Positions 29,810 to 30,854 of a stretch of DNA of 30,854 nt are shown in pieces. This stretch comes from a virus. The notes below the pieces were generated by a model. The model ran no database searches. It was given only the letters and a program-made list of their open reading frames with translations, and was not told the DNA's origin. The stretch lies in the IMG/VR virus record IMGVR_UViG_3300019472_000019, one strand, 5' to 3'. The stretch's first letter is position 1. Every line of letters begins with the position of its first letter. A program made the position numbers and the translations under genes.

Positions 29810-30854
29810 ATGAACCAAGGCGAGATTATTATCACATATCGTGTTGACTCGAGTGGTGCAATCACCGCTATGAGCAATGTCCAAAAAAAGATGTACGAGA
29901 GCGAGAGAAATCTCAACTCGACTCAATCAAAATATGGCAAGTTTTTTGACAGGCTAAATCAGGGCTTTGGTGGCGTTGCTAATACGATAAAAAAATTTGG
30001 TATCGTCGCTGCCGGTGTTATCGGTGGCGGTACATTTGGTGCAAAACAGTTTATCGACCTCGCCAGTGGCTTGCAAACAACACAAGCGCAGATGGCGTCA
30101 CTCACTGGATCGACCGAAGCCGCGAACAGGGTGTTTGGACAGCTGTACAACCAGGTGCTCGGAAAGCCGATCGCCTTTCCCGATGCCTCAAAGGCAGCAT
30201 CTACCTTGCTAGGGTATGGGCGTACGGCACAACAGGTCATACCAGACATGGATACTCTAGGTAGGCTATCTATCGTTTCTGGTGCAAATTTGCAGAATTT
30301 AGCACTGGTTTTTGGACAGGTTACGAGCCGTGGGGCGCTGTTTGGACAAGATGCTTTACAGCTGATCAACAATAATATTCCGTTGACTACCATCTTGGCC
30401 AAGAAGTTCGGTATTTCTATGGAAGAGGCTGCTGGAAGAATCAATGGTGGCAAGGTGAGCGCCGAGGAGTTCACGGCGGCCATGGCAGAATACGCACAGA
30501 GCCTAGATATCAGCAAATTCTCAAACACATTCCAAAACAGAATGATTAGCTTGCAGGGCTCGATTCGGTCACTTGGACTAGAGATTATTGGCGTACGAGT
30601 GGATTCTGAAAAGGGGCTAATAGTTGACCAAAATGGACTATTTGCCAAGTTTAGTGATGGCGTCACAAAGCTTACTGCTTTTTTGAAAGAGAATAAGCAA
30701 ACGATTGTCGGTTTTGCCAATTTCATCATAGATAATGCTGTGCCAGCCATTGCAGCGCTAGGGTCGGCGTTTGTAGCAATGAAAGTTGGTCAGTTTGCGA
30801 CAACGATGGCAAAAAGCGCCATCGGTTTGCGAGGTTTCATCGGTGCCTTGAAGA
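29810..30854 (+). CDS. Tape measure protein, N-terminal part. It runs off the window end and continues at base 128 after the repeat.
   Basis: ATG at 29810 opens a frame with no stop to the window end, so it is absent from the ORF track. My translation is MNQGEIIITYRVDSSG...LGYGRTAQQVIPDMDTLGRLSIVSGANLQNLALVFGQVTSRGALFGQDALQLINNNIPL..., which is typical tape-measure-domain sequence. 30728-29810 = 918 nt, so it is in frame with ORF 13..1218. The joined gene is 918+1218 = 2136 nt, or 711 aa. Confidence 0.85.
   Translation, partial: MNQGEIIITYRVDSSGAITAMSNVQKKMYESERNLNSTQSKYGKFFDRLNQGFGGVANTIKKFGIVAAGVIGGGTFGAKQFIDLASGLQTTQAQMASLTGSTEAANRVFGQLYNQVLGKPIAFPDASKAASTLLGYGRTAQQVIPDMDTLGRLSIVSGANLQNLALVFGQVTSRGALFGQDALQLINNNIPLTTILAKKFGISMEEAAGRINGGKVSAEEFTAAMAEYAQSLDISKFSNTFQNRMISLQGSIRSLGLEIIGVRVDSEKGLIVDQNGLFAKFSDGVTKLTAFLKENKQTIVGFANFIIDNAVPAIAALGSAFVAMKVGQFATTMAKSAIGLRGFIGALK
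30728..30854. repeat. Right copy of the exact 127-bp terminal direct repeat
   Basis: Identical to 1..127. Unique genome length is 30854-127 = 30727 bp. Confidence 0.95.

Noticed and set aside
29403-29813. 136-aa + strand ORF overlapping the PH-domain gene
   Set aside because: It is the shadow frame of the minus-strand gene. Its translation lacks domain-like features and an RBS. The minus ORF has a TM helix, a bPH-like pattern and an RBS.
29959-30750. 263-aa minus-strand ORF, the longest ORF the track lists in this region
   Set aside because: It is antisense to the tape-measure N-terminal half. That half gives a clean TMP-like translation on the + strand and joins in frame to 1..1218. The minus ORF is low-complexity (Ala/Pro/Ser/Cys-rich) and has no RBS.
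1-30854. CRISPR arrays, rRNA genes, IS elements and transposases
   Set aside because: I saw no regularly spaced repeat-spacer structure, no rRNA-like sequence, and no transposase-like ORF or terminal inverted repeats flanking one.

Overview
The window is a complete siphovirus-type dsDNA phage genome, assembled as a circle and cut open inside the tape-measure gene. Bases 1..127 are identical to 30728..30854, so the unique length is 30,727 bp. The tape-measure ORF reads in frame across that junction.

Nearly all genes are on the + strand, with tight or overlapping junctions and GGAGG-type RBSs. In order:
- Tape measure C-terminal part (1..1218), Dit, Tal-like protein, and three tandem paralogous small tail genes.
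- Lysis cassette: XhlA-like protein, GH25+2xLysM endolysin, Zn-ribbon protein and holin.
- A minus-strand receptor-binding-protein (RBP) locus (6660..8807).
- An early/regulatory region (8.8-12 kb) with three near-identical strong sigma70-type promoters, an acidic early protein, an RHH regulator, a Xer-like tyrosine recombinase and a promoter-to-terminator non-coding unit.
- A recombination module: PD-(D/E)XK exonuclease, Sak4-like ATPase, DUF1351-like protein and SSB.
- Small early genes, including YopX and VRR-NUC.
- Packaging and head genes: putative TerS, TerL, a portal-MuF-Zn-ribbon fusion and a ClpP-like protease-linker-HK97 capsid fusion.
- Connector and tail genes, tail chaperones, an opposite-strand PH-domain membrane moron, and the tape-measure N-terminal part.

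The strongest finding is in the RBP locus. A 21-bp site encoding IVLPRHL occurs three times, always in the same codon phase. One copy lies inside the expressed RBP gene. The other two head promoterless alternative C-terminal cassettes. The site orientations allow all three RBP isoforms to be reached by inversions alone. One invertible segment carries the promoter and the constant 5' part of the gene. This is a shufflon-like host-range switch, and the Xer-like recombinase 1.9 kb away is the only candidate enzyme in the genome.

I saw no CRISPR array, reverse transcriptase/DGR, rRNA or convincing tRNA. The host is unknown. The lysis genes and promoter/RBS style suggest a monoderm-type bacterium.
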